Shown piece by piece: positions 50,102 to 60,118 of a DNA stretch of 64,000 nt. Numbering within the stretch: the stretch's first letter is position 1; the number at the start of each line of letters is the position of its first letter. The stretch is from a virus. Taxonomy: Duplodnaviria > Caudoviricetes. A program made the translations under genes and the position numbers. The stretch spans positions 64,001 through 128,000 of IMG/VR virus record IMGVR_UViG_3300025357_000008; one strand, given 5' to 3'. Under the pieces are notes generated by a model. That model searched no databases and was not told the origin of the DNA. It saw only the letters and a program-made list of their open reading frames with translations.

Positions 50102-51214
50102 ATGGCAGTTATTAAAACAAAAAGACTCAGCACAAAAAATGTTGCCAACTTAGCCGATTCAAGTAAAAGCAGATTATCAGCATCTTGTATCAATAATACA
50201 TCAACAGCATATCCTGGCGGTCCCAGTGGAAGTACCGGTCCTGTAGGTGTTCCATTAACGTTTGTGATTGTTGCGGGTGGTGGTTCTGGTGCACAACGTT
50301 GGACTGGTGGTGGTGGAGGTGGTGGTGTTATTGTTGGTGCAGTAGCGGCCGCATCAAAAGGAACACCCTACGCAATAACAGTTGGTGGTGGAGGTGCCGC
50401 ACCTGTTTATCCAACAACCATATGTTATGCTTATACTTTCCGAGGCGTTAACTCAAGTGCATTTTGTGTTACAGCAATAGGTGGAGGTGGTGGTAAAGGT
50501 TATAGTTGTTACATACCAGCTCCTACAGGGGGTTGTGTAGCACCAGGTGGTTCAGGTGGCGGTGGTGGTGGACCTACTGGTCCTCCAACAGGTGTTGCAC
50601 CATTCCCTTATGCGAACAACCAAGGCGGTTCAGGTACTCAACCAGGACAACCAACACCATCCGGACCTGCTATAGTTTGGACCAATTACGGTAATCCAGG
50701 TGGTAATTATAATGGTGGAGGTGGTGGTGCTTCATCATCAGGATCAACAAGAACATTTACAGGAACTCCACAATTTCCAACACCAGGGAGTGCAGGTGGT
50801 TCCGGTCTGACCGTTTCAATAACAGGAAGTCCTTTCATCGTAGCTGGTGGTGGAGGTGCTGGTGGACGTTATGGTGCAACTCAACCACCTAACGGTTTCG
50901 TAGGAGGCCCTGGTGGTCCTGGAGGTGGTGGTAATGGTTCAGGTTATGGATGTGCATACCCAAGATTGGGAAGTCCGACACCATTACCAGGACAAAATGG
51001 CGGTACTAATACTGGAGGTGGAGGTGGTGCAGGCTCATGTAGAGCACCTATAACTCCTAGTATAGGTGGTGCAGGAGGTTCTGGTGTAGTGTATGTTTCT
51101 GTTCCAACTCCATTAGCTGGAACTGCTGGTCCGCCAAGCGTATTTACAAGTGGACCTGATGGTGCTGGAAATACATGGTTTAAGTTTACGAGTTCTGGTA
51201 CTTATACTGCTTAA
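50102..51214 (+). CDS. Glycine-rich putative adhesin, paralog 3
   Basis: IVAGGGSG, NTGGGGG, GGSGVV; C-terminus nearly identical to that of 26874. Confidence 0.72.
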   Translation: MAVIKTKRLSTKNVANLADSSKSRLSASCINNTSTAYPGGPSGSTGPVGVPLTFVIVAGGGSGAQRWTGGGGGGGVIVGAVAAASKGTPYAITVGGGGAAPVYPTTICYAYTFRGVNSSAFCVTAIGGGGGKGYSCYIPAPTGGCVAPGGSGGGGGGPTGPPTGVAPFPYANNQGGSGTQPGQPTPSGPAIVWTNYGNPGGNYNGGGGGASSSGSTRTFTGTPQFPTPGSAGGSGLTVSITGSPFIVAGGGGAGGRYGATQPPNGFVGGPGGPGGGGNGSGYGCAYPRLGSPTPLPGQNGGTNTGGGGGAGSCRAPITPSIGGAGGSGVVYVSVPTPLAGTAGPPSVFTSGPDGAGNTWFKFTSSGTYTA

Positions 51215-51221
51215 CTAAATA
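51214..51221 (+). promoter_or_regulatory. Late promoter core ACTAAATA
   Basis: Upstream of gp13 with SD AAGGAG. Confidence 0.6.
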
Positions 51222-51243
51222 CCAGAACAAGGAGATTAATTAA

Positions 51244-52014
51244 ATGCAAGTGCAAAACAGAACCGATTTTACTAACTATTGCTTACGTAGGCTTGGTGCA
51301 CCTGTAATTGAAATTAACGTTGACCCAGACCAAATACAAGACCGTATTGACGATGCTCTTCAATATTGGCAAGATTATCACTATGATGGTATTCAAAAAT
51401 GTTATTGGATTAAACAAATTGATTCTACTGATATTGCTAATCAATATCTAGATTGTTCAAATGCGGTAGATTCAAATAACAATTCAGTTCAAATTATTGG
51501 TGTTTCAAGAATCTTTCCGTATACAGATTCACAGGCAAACGTCAATATGTTTGACTTAAGATACCAATTACGTTTAAATGAACTGTACGATTTCACATCA
51601 GCTTCATACGTTAACTTCACATTAACACAACAGCACCTTCGTTCACTAGAACTTATGTTCACTGGTGAAATACCAATTCGTTTTAACAGACACATGCAAC
51701 GTCTTTATATTGACCAAGCATGGGGTAACGAAGAAGCTCCTGCAGGTGAAGTTATTGTTGCAGAAGCATATGCAATTATTAATCCAGACCAATATAATAA
51801 AGTTTGGGACGACCGTTGGTTAAAACTATATGCAACAGCATTAATTAAAAAACAATGGGGTAATAATCTTGCTAAATTCTCAGGTCTTCAATTACCTGGT
51901 GGTGTTAAACTAGACGGACAAAAGATTCAAGAAGATGCTGACAATGAAATTAAGTATCTACAAGAACAAATGCAGAATGAATATGGTGCACCGTTAGAAT
52001 GGTTTATGAATTAA
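51244..52014 (+). CDS. gp13: Neck protein gp13
   Basis: YCLRRLGAPVIEINV..DQI.DRIDDAL, WLKLYATALIKKQWG.NL.KF, LPGGV.LDG. Confidence 0.95.
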   Translation: MQVQNRTDFTNYCLRRLGAPVIEINVDPDQIQDRIDDALQYWQDYHYDGIQKCYWIKQIDSTDIANQYLDCSNAVDSNNNSVQIIGVSRIFPYTDSQANVNMFDLRYQLRLNELYDFTSASYVNFTLTQQHLRSLELMFTGEIPIRFNRHMQRLYIDQAWGNEEAPAGEVIVAEAYAIINPDQYNKVWDDRWLKLYATALIKKQWGNNLAKFSGLQLPGGVKLDGQKIQEDADNEIKYLQEQMQNEYGAPLEWFMN

Positions 52015-52015
52015 C

Positions 52016-52903
52016 ATGGCAACTAATCATTACTTCAATAACTACGGCTCGATTGGTGAACAAAGAGTTATTGAAGATTTAATCGTTGAGTCAATTAAAA
52101 CAATGGGCTTTGATGCTCAGTATTTACCCAACAACAACGACCAAGCAAGAGATTTACTATACGGTGAAGACCCAGTAAAACAATTCAACTCTGCATTTAC
52201 AGTTGAGATGTATCTTCAAAACTCAACAGAGTACGGCGGTGAAAGAGAATTCTTTTCTAAGTTTGGCTTAGAAATTAAAAACAATGTGACAGTTCTGGTT
52301 TCAAGACGTTCATTCAACGAAAGAGTACCACAAAATACTTACAACAGACCTCGTGAAGGTGACTTGGTTTATATACCATTTTTAAACGGTACCGGTGAAC
52401 TCTATGAAATCAAATTTGTCAATCAAACAAAAGACTTCTTTATGTTGGGTAGAAAGTATCCTTATTTCTATGAACTAGAAATGGAAAAATTCAAATACTC
52501 ACAAGAAGTTTTGCAGACTGGTGCACCAGATGTCGATTCTATTGTTGCACAATCTGGTTATACAATTGACCTTGATGTCAATATTAGCACTGGTAACGGA
52601 ACTTATCAACATCAAGAAATTGCATTCCAGTCACTCGACAATACATTGTTAAACGCTTTTGCATATGGTACAGTACAAGAATGGGTGCCAAGTGCTAACG
52701 TGTTGACTGTAAGTAATATTTTTGGTGAGTTTACATCTGGTTCTAATGTGAGAGGTCAAACAAGTAATGCATCATACAGCATCACAACTTATGATGAGAT
52801 GCAAAACAATACAGAGACAGAAGTATATGATAATGAGTTGATTCTAAGCAACGCAAATACTATTATCGACTTCTCAGAATCAAATCCTTTTGGTAGTATA
52901 TAA
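52016..52903 (+). CDS. gp14: Neck protein gp14
   Basis: EDLIVESIK, FSKFGLEI, RPREGDLVY.P, DFSESNPFG. Confidence 0.95.
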   Translation: MATNHYFNNYGSIGEQRVIEDLIVESIKTMGFDAQYLPNNNDQARDLLYGEDPVKQFNSAFTVEMYLQNSTEYGGEREFFSKFGLEIKNNVTVLVSRRSFNERVPQNTYNRPREGDLVYIPFLNGTGELYEIKFVNQTKDFFMLGRKYPYFYELEMEKFKYSQEVLQTGAPDVDSIVAQSGYTIDLDVNISTGNGTYQHQEIAFQSLDNTLLNAFAYGTVQEWVPSANVLTVSNIFGEFTSGSNVRGQTSNASYSITTYDEMQNNTETEVYDNELILSNANTIIDFSESNPFGSI

Positions 52904-53886
52904 TGGCAAACGTATTTTATAATAGAGTAATCAGAAAACTTGTTGTCGGTTTTGGCAACTTGTTTAATAACATTACGCTTGTCAGATACAATCCGGATGA
53001 ATCAGAGGCTCAAAGATTTCTTGTACCGATTGCTTATGCACAGAAAGAATTATACGTTCAACGTCTAGAAGGTGATCCTAACCTTGACAAAAAAGTTCAA
53101 CTAACTTTACCAAGAATGTCATTTGAGATGACAGGGTTCAAGTATGATGCAAGCAGAAAACAAAATACAAACATCAAGAACTTTTCCCAAAACGGTTCTT
53201 CTTTGTCAACTCAATACAATCCTGTACCATACGATTTTGATTTCTCATTAAACATATATGTAAGAAATATCGAAGACGGTACTCAAATGATTGAGCATAT
53301 TTTACCGTATTTCACACCAGACTATACGATTAAGTTAAACTTAATACCTGAAATGGGTATCACAAAAGAGATACCAATTATTTTAAACTCAACAGACCAA
53401 GAAATAATCTATGAGGGCAACAGAGATGCAGACCCTAGAATGATTATCTGGACTCTTAATTTTACTGTAAAAGGTTTCATCTATGGTGGTACAACGTCTG
53501 CAAATGTTATTACGACATCAATCACAAACATTTTTAGCAATCCGACTTTTGGTGAAGATGTACAGTTTACGATGTCTTCTTCGGGTCTTGGCGACTATCA
53601 ACCAGGCGAAAAAGTATATCAGGGGTATTCTTTAAATACCGCTACCGCAACTGCTACTGCCGTCAACTGGTCAAACACGACACATACTTTAGTTGCTTCT
53701 GATGTTTCCGGCAACTTCATTTCAAATCAACCAATCATTGGTGCAGTCACAAACACAAAAAGAAATTTCATATCATTTGCATTGACACCGCATTTATATG
53801 CAAATTCTGTAACTACACCTTCACCTAACACAGCAACAGCAAACTCAAATTATACATATAATACTGTAATAACTGAAAGACCATAG
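52903..53886 (+). CDS. gp15: Tail sheath stabilizer/terminator gp15
   Basis: FGNLFNNI, VPIAYA, LPRMSFEM, PVPY, EHILPYFTP. Confidence 0.95.
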   Translation: MANVFYNRVIRKLVVGFGNLFNNITLVRYNPDESEAQRFLVPIAYAQKELYVQRLEGDPNLDKKVQLTLPRMSFEMTGFKYDASRKQNTNIKNFSQNGSSLSTQYNPVPYDFDFSLNIYVRNIEDGTQMIEHILPYFTPDYTIKLNLIPEMGITKEIPIILNSTDQEIIYEGNRDADPRMIIWTLNFTVKGFIYGGTTSANVITTSITNIFSNPTFGEDVQFTMSSSGLGDYQPGEKVYQGYSLNTATATATAVNWSNTTHTLVASDVSGNFISNQPIIGAVTNTKRNFISFALTPHLYANSVTTPSPNTATANSNYTYNTVITERP

Positions 53887-53888
53887 CT

Positions 53889-54302
53889 ATGGACAAACTT
53901 GATAAGAACATGACTGAAATATTTGATATTGAACCTAAAGCAACAGAAATTGTTAAGGTTGAAAAACCACAAGTACCTGTTGCAACTGAAGAACTCAAAC
54001 ACGACTTAGAAGATGCATATCAGCAGTCTAAAGATAATCTACAACATATCATAGACCAAGGTAAAGATGCAATGGAAGAAATTCTAAACATTGCAAAAAA
54101 CAGTCAGCACCCAAGAGCGTTTGAAGTTTACGGTACTCTTTTAAAAAATATGACTGAGGCAAACAAAGAACTTCTAAGCATACAGAAACAGATGAGAGAA
54201 ATTAGCGGTACAAAATCAGAAGCGGCTCAAACAACTATTGACAAAGCAGTTTTTGTAGGTACAACAGCAGACTTTAATAAGTTGCTAAAAGGTAAAGTGT
54301 AA
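53889..54302 (+). CDS. gp16: Terminase small subunit gp16
   Basis: HPRAFEV motif, VFVGTTAD tail; upstream of gp17. Confidence 0.92.
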   Translation: MDKLDKNMTEIFDIEPKATEIVKVEKPQVPVATEELKHDLEDAYQQSKDNLQHIIDQGKDAMEEILNIAKNSQHPRAFEVYGTLLKNMTEANKELLSIQKQMREISGTKSEAAQTTIDKAVFVGTTADFNKLLKGKV

Positions 54303-55987
54303 TGGCCGTACAAAATAAAGATTCCTACCGTGACAATCCGTTACTTAAAAAAGTAGGCGTTGAACACCCCTATACACAAGAACAAGCAGAAGAATATGCA
54401 AAGTGTGCTTCAGACCCAGTATACTTTGCAATGAATTATATTAAAATTGTTAACGTTGATGAAGGTCTGATACCGTTTAAGATGTGGGACTTTCAAAAAG
54501 AAATGATTAAAGTCTACCATGAAAATCGTTTCTCAATTACAAAATGTCCTCGTCAGGTTGGTAAAACAACAACATCAGTTGCTTATCTTCTTTGGTCTAC
54601 AATCTTTACCGATTCACAATCAGTTGCAGTTCTAGCTAACAAAGGTTCTCTTGCACGAGACATCTTAGCTAAGTATCAACTAGCATATGAAAACTTACCT
54701 ATGTGGCTACAGCAAGGTGTTGTTACATGGAACAAAGGTAACGTAGAACTTGAAAATGGTTCTAAGATTATTGCCGCTTCAACATCAAGTTCTGCAATTC
54801 GAGGTGGATCATTTAACATTGTATTCTTAGATGAATTCGCTTTCGTTCCTAATAATATTGCTGAAGAATTCTTTAACTCTGTTTATCCTGTAATCTCTTC
54901 CGGTAAAACATCTAAGATTATTATAGTTTCGACACCTAACGGTATGAATCTATTCTACAAGTTATGGATGGATGCAATCGGTAAGAAGAACGGTTATAAA
55001 CCTTTTGAAATTCACTGGTCAATGGTGCCTGGTAGAACTGAGGCATGGAAAGAAGAAACAATTCGTAACACTTCTTTACGTCAGTTCCAGCAAGAGTTTG
55101 AAACAGAATTCTTAGGCTCGTCAAATACTTTGATTTCTGGCTACAAGTTAGCACAGTTAAGGTACATGGATGCGATTGCAGAACATGACCTGATGAAGAT
55201 ATACGAGCATCCTATTAAGACAGACGGTATTAAATACGTCAAAGATAGACTGTATTGTATTGTCGTAGACGTTTCAGAAGGCAAAAACTTAGACAGTTCT
55301 GCTTTCTCAGTCATAGATATATCAGAGTTACCATATAAACAGGTGGCAACTTATAAGAGTTCTTCTATTACACCGCTATTGTTCCCAACAGTTATCTACA
55401 ATGCGGCTCGTTATTACAATGATGCTTACGTACTGGTAGAAATAAACAACACACCACAGATTGCAGATACTTTACATGCCGATTTAGAATACGAAAATCT
55501 ATGGAAAGTATTTACCGGTAACAAGAAACCACAACAATTGTCTGCCGGTTTTGCTAGAGGAGTTCAATTAGGACTTAAAATGTCACCACAAGTTAAGAAG
55601 ATTGGTACTTCTAACTTGAAAACTTTGATTGAAGGTGACAAACTACTCATCAATGACTTTGCAACATACTCAGAATTGACAACATTCGTAGAAACTAAGA
55701 ACACTTTTGCCGCTGAACAGGGTGCAAATGATGACTTAGTGATGGGTTTGGTGATGTTTGGGTGGGTCACAACACAACCATATTTCAAAGAAATCGTTGC
55801 CCATGACCTAAGAAAACAAGTCCAATTAGAAAATATGAATCAGTTTGACGATGAAACAGTCGTTGAACCTATCATGGATGACGGTATGTCACACAATTTA
55901 GAACTTGTCGATGGCGACTTATGGGAAGTTGCTGACGGCAGTTCGGTATACAGCAGATTTATGCGAGATGCTATCAACAGTCTGTAA
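54302..55987 (+). CDS. gp17: Terminase large subunit gp17
   Basis: Walker A PRQVGKTT, Walker B IVFLDEFAF, STPNG, DDLVM nuclease motif. Confidence 0.97.
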   Translation: MAVQNKDSYRDNPLLKKVGVEHPYTQEQAEEYAKCASDPVYFAMNYIKIVNVDEGLIPFKMWDFQKEMIKVYHENRFSITKCPRQVGKTTTSVAYLLWSTIFTDSQSVAVLANKGSLARDILAKYQLAYENLPMWLQQGVVTWNKGNVELENGSKIIAASTSSSAIRGGSFNIVFLDEFAFVPNNIAEEFFNSVYPVISSGKTSKIIIVSTPNGMNLFYKLWMDAIGKKNGYKPFEIHWSMVPGRTEAWKEETIRNTSLRQFQQEFETEFLGSSNTLISGYKLAQLRYMDAIAEHDLMKIYEHPIKTDGIKYVKDRLYCIVVDVSEGKNLDSSAFSVIDISELPYKQVATYKSSSITPLLFPTVIYNAARYYNDAYVLVEINNTPQIADTLHADLEYENLWKVFTGNKKPQQLSAGFARGVQLGLKMSPQVKKIGTSNLKTLIEGDKLLINDFATYSELTTFVETKNTFAAEQGANDDLVMGLVMFGWVTTQPYFKEIVAHDLRKQVQLENMNQFDDETVVEPIMDDGMSHNLELVDGDLWEVADGSSVYSRFMRDAINSL

Positions 55988-55998
55988 AAGTGCTGGTG

Positions 55999-56006
55999 CA
56001 TAAATA
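55999..56006 (+). promoter_or_regulatory. Late promoter core CATAAATA
   Basis: Intergenic, upstream of gp18; SD AAGGAG. Confidence 0.7.
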
Positions 56007-56058
56007 CCTTTATTGGTATAATCTGCCAAAAAGAACAAAATAATTCAAGGAGAAAACA

Positions 56059-57753
56059 ATGGCGATTCAAATCTCTCCAGGCGTAATCACTACTGAGATT
56101 GACTTAACTACAGTCGTTCCATCAGTACTTACGACTGCTGGTGCATTTGCTGGTGACTTCCAATGGGGTCCAGCCAATCACATTATGCTGGTAGACAGCG
56201 AAACAACTTTAGTAAACACATTTGGTCCTCCAGATGCAAACTCAGCAACTGCTTTCTTTACTGCCGCTAACTTCTTAGCATACGGTAATAATCTGAACGT
56301 AGTTCGTGCTGTAGGTGCTTTAAGTAACAATGCAGTTCAGAACTCTAGTTCACCTGGTGTTCAAATTATTAATGAAGAAGTTTACTTAGTAAATTATTTC
56401 AATGGTTCAGCAAACTCTTATGGTTCTTTTGCCGCAAGATATCCTGGTACACTAGGAAACTCAATTCAAGTTTCAGTTTGCGATACTTCAACACAGTTCT
56501 CATCATGGCAATATAAATCATTGTTTTCTTCAGCACCAGGAACTTCTGCTTCTGTAGCACAAGTCGGTGGTTCACAAGATGAGATGCACATTGTTGTTGC
56601 AGACGTTGGTGGTTTAATTACTGGTAACTCTGGACAAGTTCTTGAAACATTTGGTTTTGTTTCTAAAGCAGGTGATGCACAAATTAACGGCAATTCAAAT
56701 TACTGGAAACAAGTAATATTTGACAGGTCACAATACATCTATGCTATGGACCCACCAGAATATTCAGCAACTCATGCAACTTGGGGTTCAAATTCTGCAA
56801 ACACAACGTTCGTACAACTTTCAAACGTTGAAAATGCTTTCTTATCTCTTGGTACAAATCCAAAACCATCAGATGCAAATATTGAAAATGCTTATGGTTT
56901 ATTCGCTAACAAAGAGCATATCGACATTTCTTTAGTTCTAACTGGTGATGCAAACAATACAGTTCAAAACTATGTTTATAGCAACATCATTTCAACAAGA
57001 CAAGATTGCGTTGGATTCTTCTCGCCACCAGCTAACACAGTTGTAAACAATTGGGGTAGCGAAGCAAGTGCTGTTACAAATTATTTCCAAAGCACATTGA
57101 ATATTCAATCATCATATTTGGTTGCCGATTCAAACTGGAAATATCAATTTGACAAATACAACAACGTATATCGTTGGATTCCATTGAACGGTGATATTGC
57201 CGGTCTATGTGTAAACACAGATGCAGTTGCAGACCCATGGTTCTCACCAGCTGGTTTCAACCGTGGTGCAATTAAGAACGCTATCAAACTAGCATGGAAT
57301 CCTACGAAACCTGCAAGAGATACTTTGTATGCGGCAGGTATTAATCCAATCGTATCATTCCCTGGACAAGGTATCGTTCTATACGGTGACAAGACTCTAC
57401 AATCTAAGCCTTCTGCTTTTGACAGAATCAACGTTCGTAGATTGTTCTTAGTACTTGAGAAAGCAATTTCTACAGCCGCAAGATACTCATTGTTTGAATT
57501 CAATGATTCGTTTACACAAGCACAATTTGTTAACTTGGTAACACCATTCTTACGTGACGTTCAAGGTCGCCGTGGTATTACAAACTTCTACGTACAATGT
57601 GATTCAACTAATAACACACCACAAGTTATTAATGCAAATCAGTTTGTTGGTAGCATTTATGTTGTACCAAATCGTTCTACGAATTTCATTCAGTTGAACT
57701 TTGTTGCTGTAGATACAGGTGTTGACTTCTCAACAGTTGTTGGCTCAGTATAA
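56059..57753 (+). CDS. gp18: Tail sheath protein gp18
   Basis: SPGV..TEIDLT, FQWGP, WFSPAGFNRG, FDRINVRRLF, FEFND. Confidence 0.97.
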   Translation: MAIQISPGVITTEIDLTTVVPSVLTTAGAFAGDFQWGPANHIMLVDSETTLVNTFGPPDANSATAFFTAANFLAYGNNLNVVRAVGALSNNAVQNSSSPGVQIINEEVYLVNYFNGSANSYGSFAARYPGTLGNSIQVSVCDTSTQFSSWQYKSLFSSAPGTSASVAQVGGSQDEMHIVVADVGGLITGNSGQVLETFGFVSKAGDAQINGNSNYWKQVIFDRSQYIYAMDPPEYSATHATWGSNSANTTFVQLSNVENAFLSLGTNPKPSDANIENAYGLFANKEHIDISLVLTGDANNTVQNYVYSNIISTRQDCVGFFSPPANTVVNNWGSEASAVTNYFQSTLNIQSSYLVADSNWKYQFDKYNNVYRWIPLNGDIAGLCVNTDAVADPWFSPAGFNRGAIKNAIKLAWNPTKPARDTLYAAGINPIVSFPGQGIVLYGDKTLQSKPSAFDRINVRRLFLVLEKAISTAARYSLFEFNDSFTQAQFVNLVTPFLRDVQGRRGITNFYVQCDSTNNTPQVINANQFVGSIYVVPNRSTNFIQLNFVAVDTGVDFSTVVGSV

Positions 57754-57756
57754 ATA
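57749..57756 (+). promoter_or_regulatory. Late promoter TATAAATA (perfect)
   Basis: Exact T4 consensus overlapping the gp18 stop, upstream of gp19. Confidence 0.8.
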
Positions 57757-57773
57757 ACAAGTAGGAGAACACA

Positions 57774-58322
57774 ATGACATTCAACGTATCAGAATTTAGA
57801 GCACAATTGACAGGGGACGGTGCTCGTCCTAATCTGTTCAATGTGACTCTAACATTACCAAATATTGTAAAGAACGCTACAAATGCTGGCAAGAAATTAC
57901 AATTCATGGCTAAAGCCGCTCAGTTACCAGGTTCGACTGTTAACAATATACCGCTACACTACTTTGGTCGTGAAATTAAATTTGCAGGCAATAGAACATT
58001 CGCAGACTGGACATTAACAATCATCAATGATGAAGATTTCGTTATTCGTTCAGCTATGGAGAACTGGCTAAATAATATTAATAGCCATGCCGGCAACTTA
58101 CGTTCAGCAAATGCTGTAGGTCCAGCGAACTACACATGTGATGCTACTGTAACTCAGTACGGCAAAGCTGGCGACAATATTCAAGCATATGACTTTGTTG
58201 GTATGTTCCCAGTTGATGTTTCAACAATCGACTTAAATTGGGATACAACCGATTCAATTGAAGAGTACACGGTAACGTTTGCTTATCAATACTGGACAAA
58301 CAAAACAAGTACAGACGCTTAA
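57774..58322 (+). CDS. gp19: Tail tube protein gp19
   Basis: GARPNLF, GREIKFAGNRTFADWT.TIINDEDF, IEEYTVTFAYQYW. Confidence 0.96.
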   Translation: MTFNVSEFRAQLTGDGARPNLFNVTLTLPNIVKNATNAGKKLQFMAKAAQLPGSTVNNIPLHYFGREIKFAGNRTFADWTLTIINDEDFVIRSAMENWLNNINSHAGNLRSANAVGPANYTCDATVTQYGKAGDNIQAYDFVGMFPVDVSTIDLNWDTTDSIEEYTVTFAYQYWTNKTSTDA

Positions 58323-58331
58323 TTTTTCGTT

Positions 58332-58363
58332 GAAGGCCCTTCGGGGTCTTCTTTATGTTTTTT
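58332..58363 (+). terminator. Rho-independent terminator with C(UUCG)G tetraloop
   Basis: GAAGGCCC-TTCG-GGGTCTTC stem-loop (one G-U pair) followed by TTTATGTTTTTT. Confidence 0.88.
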
Positions 58364-58384
58364 GTGAAATGATAAAAAGGCAAT

Positions 58385-60109
58385 ATGAACCCATTAAATA
58401 AATTTTCTTTGTTTGGTTTTACGATTTCCCGTGACAAGGAAATTCAAAATCAACAAACACAACCATCATTCTCACCACCGAGCAATGACGATGGGGCGTT
58501 AACTATTACTTCTGCCGCTTATTACGGCACGTATGTAGACTTAGACGGTACGGCAAAAAATGAGGTAGAATTAATATCTCGTTACCGTGAAATGGCAATG
58601 CAACCAGAAATTGAATCTGCCATTGACGATATTGTAAATGAAGCTATTTGCCAAGATGACGAAGGCAACAGTATCAAAATTGTTATGGACAATGTAAGTG
58701 CTCCAGACAAAATCAAAAAAGCAATCAAATCAGAATTTAATACAATTCTAAGATTGATGAATTACCAGAATATGTCACAAGATATATTCAGAAGATATTA
58801 CGTAGACGGTAGACTTTATTACCATGTAATCATCGACAGAGAAAATCCAGTTGCCGGTATTAAAGAACTCAGATATATTGATCCACGTAAACTTAAGAAA
58901 GTTCGTGAGATTAAAAAGACTAAAGATGAGCGTACCGGTGTTGATATTATGAACGTAGTCAACGAATACTATATTTGGAACGACAAGGTCACTACAGGAT
59001 CGTCTTCCAGCTTCGGACCAGTAGGTGTACGTATAACCACAGACTCTGTGCTTTCCATCGTCTCTGGTCTCATGGATTCACGCCGTGCAGTTGTTTTATC
59101 TTACTTGCACAAAGCAATCAAACCACTCAATCAATTACGTATGATTGAAGATGCTACAGTTATTTACCGAATATCTAGAGCACCTGAAAGACGTATATTC
59201 TACATTGACGTTGGTAACTTACCTAAATTAAAAGCCGAACAATACCTACGTGACATCATGGTAAAGTACAAGAACAAACTTGTATATGATGCCAACACAG
59301 GTGAGGTTCGTGATGACCGTAAATTCTTGTCTATGATGGAAGACTTTTGGTTACCACGTAGAGAAGGTGGTAAAGGTACAGAAATCACTACATTACCTGG
59401 CGGACAAAACTTAGGCGAACTAGAAGACGTTAAGTACTTTGAAAAGAAGCTATATAAAGCGTTGTGTGTACCAGTTTCACGTTTGAATCCTGAGACTTCA
59501 GGTTTCTCGTTAGGTCGTACAAACGAGATTACAAGAGACGAATTAAAGTTTGCAAAATTTGTTGACCGTATGCGTCAGAAGTTTGCAGAAGTATTTGACC
59601 AAGCATTGAGAGTTCAATGTGTGCTCAAAGGTATTTGTAATGAAGAAGAATGGAAAGTCTTTAAAGAAGATATTCATTACAACTTTATTACCGATAACAA
59701 CTTTTCAGAACTCAAAGATGCTGAGTTAATGAAAGAAAGATTATCATTGTTGCAAGAAGTAGACCCATATACCGGTAGATATTTTTCACAAGCATGGATA
59801 CAGAAAAATGTTCTACGCTTTGACAATGACCAAATCAAGATTATGCAAACAGAGATTGAGAAAGAAAAAGAAGCTGGACTTGGTTTACCGGTTGAAGTTA
59901 CTAATCAAGTTGCTCAACAAGCAATGATGAGCACAGTACCAGAACAACCGATTCATCCAACAGACATAGAACATCAACAAGATATGGCTAAGAAAGATTT
60001 TGATAACAAGATTGAGTTAGCTAAATTGAAACCAAAACAAAAACCAGCGGTTAAAAAAGAAGAGATTGATGAACCTAATACGTTCGAAAGACTTAAAAGA
60101 ATTTTATAG
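58385..60109 (+). CDS. gp20: Portal protein gp20
   Basis: YLHKAIKPLNQLRMIEDA.VIYRISRAPERRIFYIDVGNLPK, EDFWLPRREGGKGTEI. Confidence 0.97.
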   Translation: MNPLNKFSLFGFTISRDKEIQNQQTQPSFSPPSNDDGALTITSAAYYGTYVDLDGTAKNEVELISRYREMAMQPEIESAIDDIVNEAICQDDEGNSIKIVMDNVSAPDKIKKAIKSEFNTILRLMNYQNMSQDIFRRYYVDGRLYYHVIIDRENPVAGIKELRYIDPRKLKKVREIKKTKDERTGVDIMNVVNEYYIWNDKVTTGSSSSFGPVGVRITTDSVLSIVSGLMDSRRAVVLSYLHKAIKPLNQLRMIEDATVIYRISRAPERRIFYIDVGNLPKLKAEQYLRDIMVKYKNKLVYDANTGEVRDDRKFLSMMEDFWLPRREGGKGTEITTLPGGQNLGELEDVKYFEKKLYKALCVPVSRLNPETSGFSLGRTNEITRDELKFAKFVDRMRQKFAEVFDQALRVQCVLKGICNEEEWKVFKEDIHYNFITDNNFSELKDAELMKERLSLLQEVDPYTGRYFSQAWIQKNVLRFDNDQIKIMQTEIEKEKEAGLGLPVEVTNQVAQQAMMSTVPEQPIHPTDIEHQQDMAKKDFDNKIELAKLKPKQKPAVKKEEIDEPNTFERLKRIL

Positions 60110-60118
60110 GAGACTTAA

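Noticed and set aside
27810-51214. Possible diversity-generating retroelement (similar 3' ends of two Gly-rich genes; LamG paralogs)
   Set aside because: Differences are mostly synonymous and not adenine-specific. There is no reverse transcriptase and no non-coding template repeat in the window.
54302-60109. Inteins, introns or homing endonucleases in terminase, sheath or portal genes
   Set aside because: Lengths and motif spacing are ordinary; no Hint, LAGLIDADG, HNH or GIY-YIG motifs seen.
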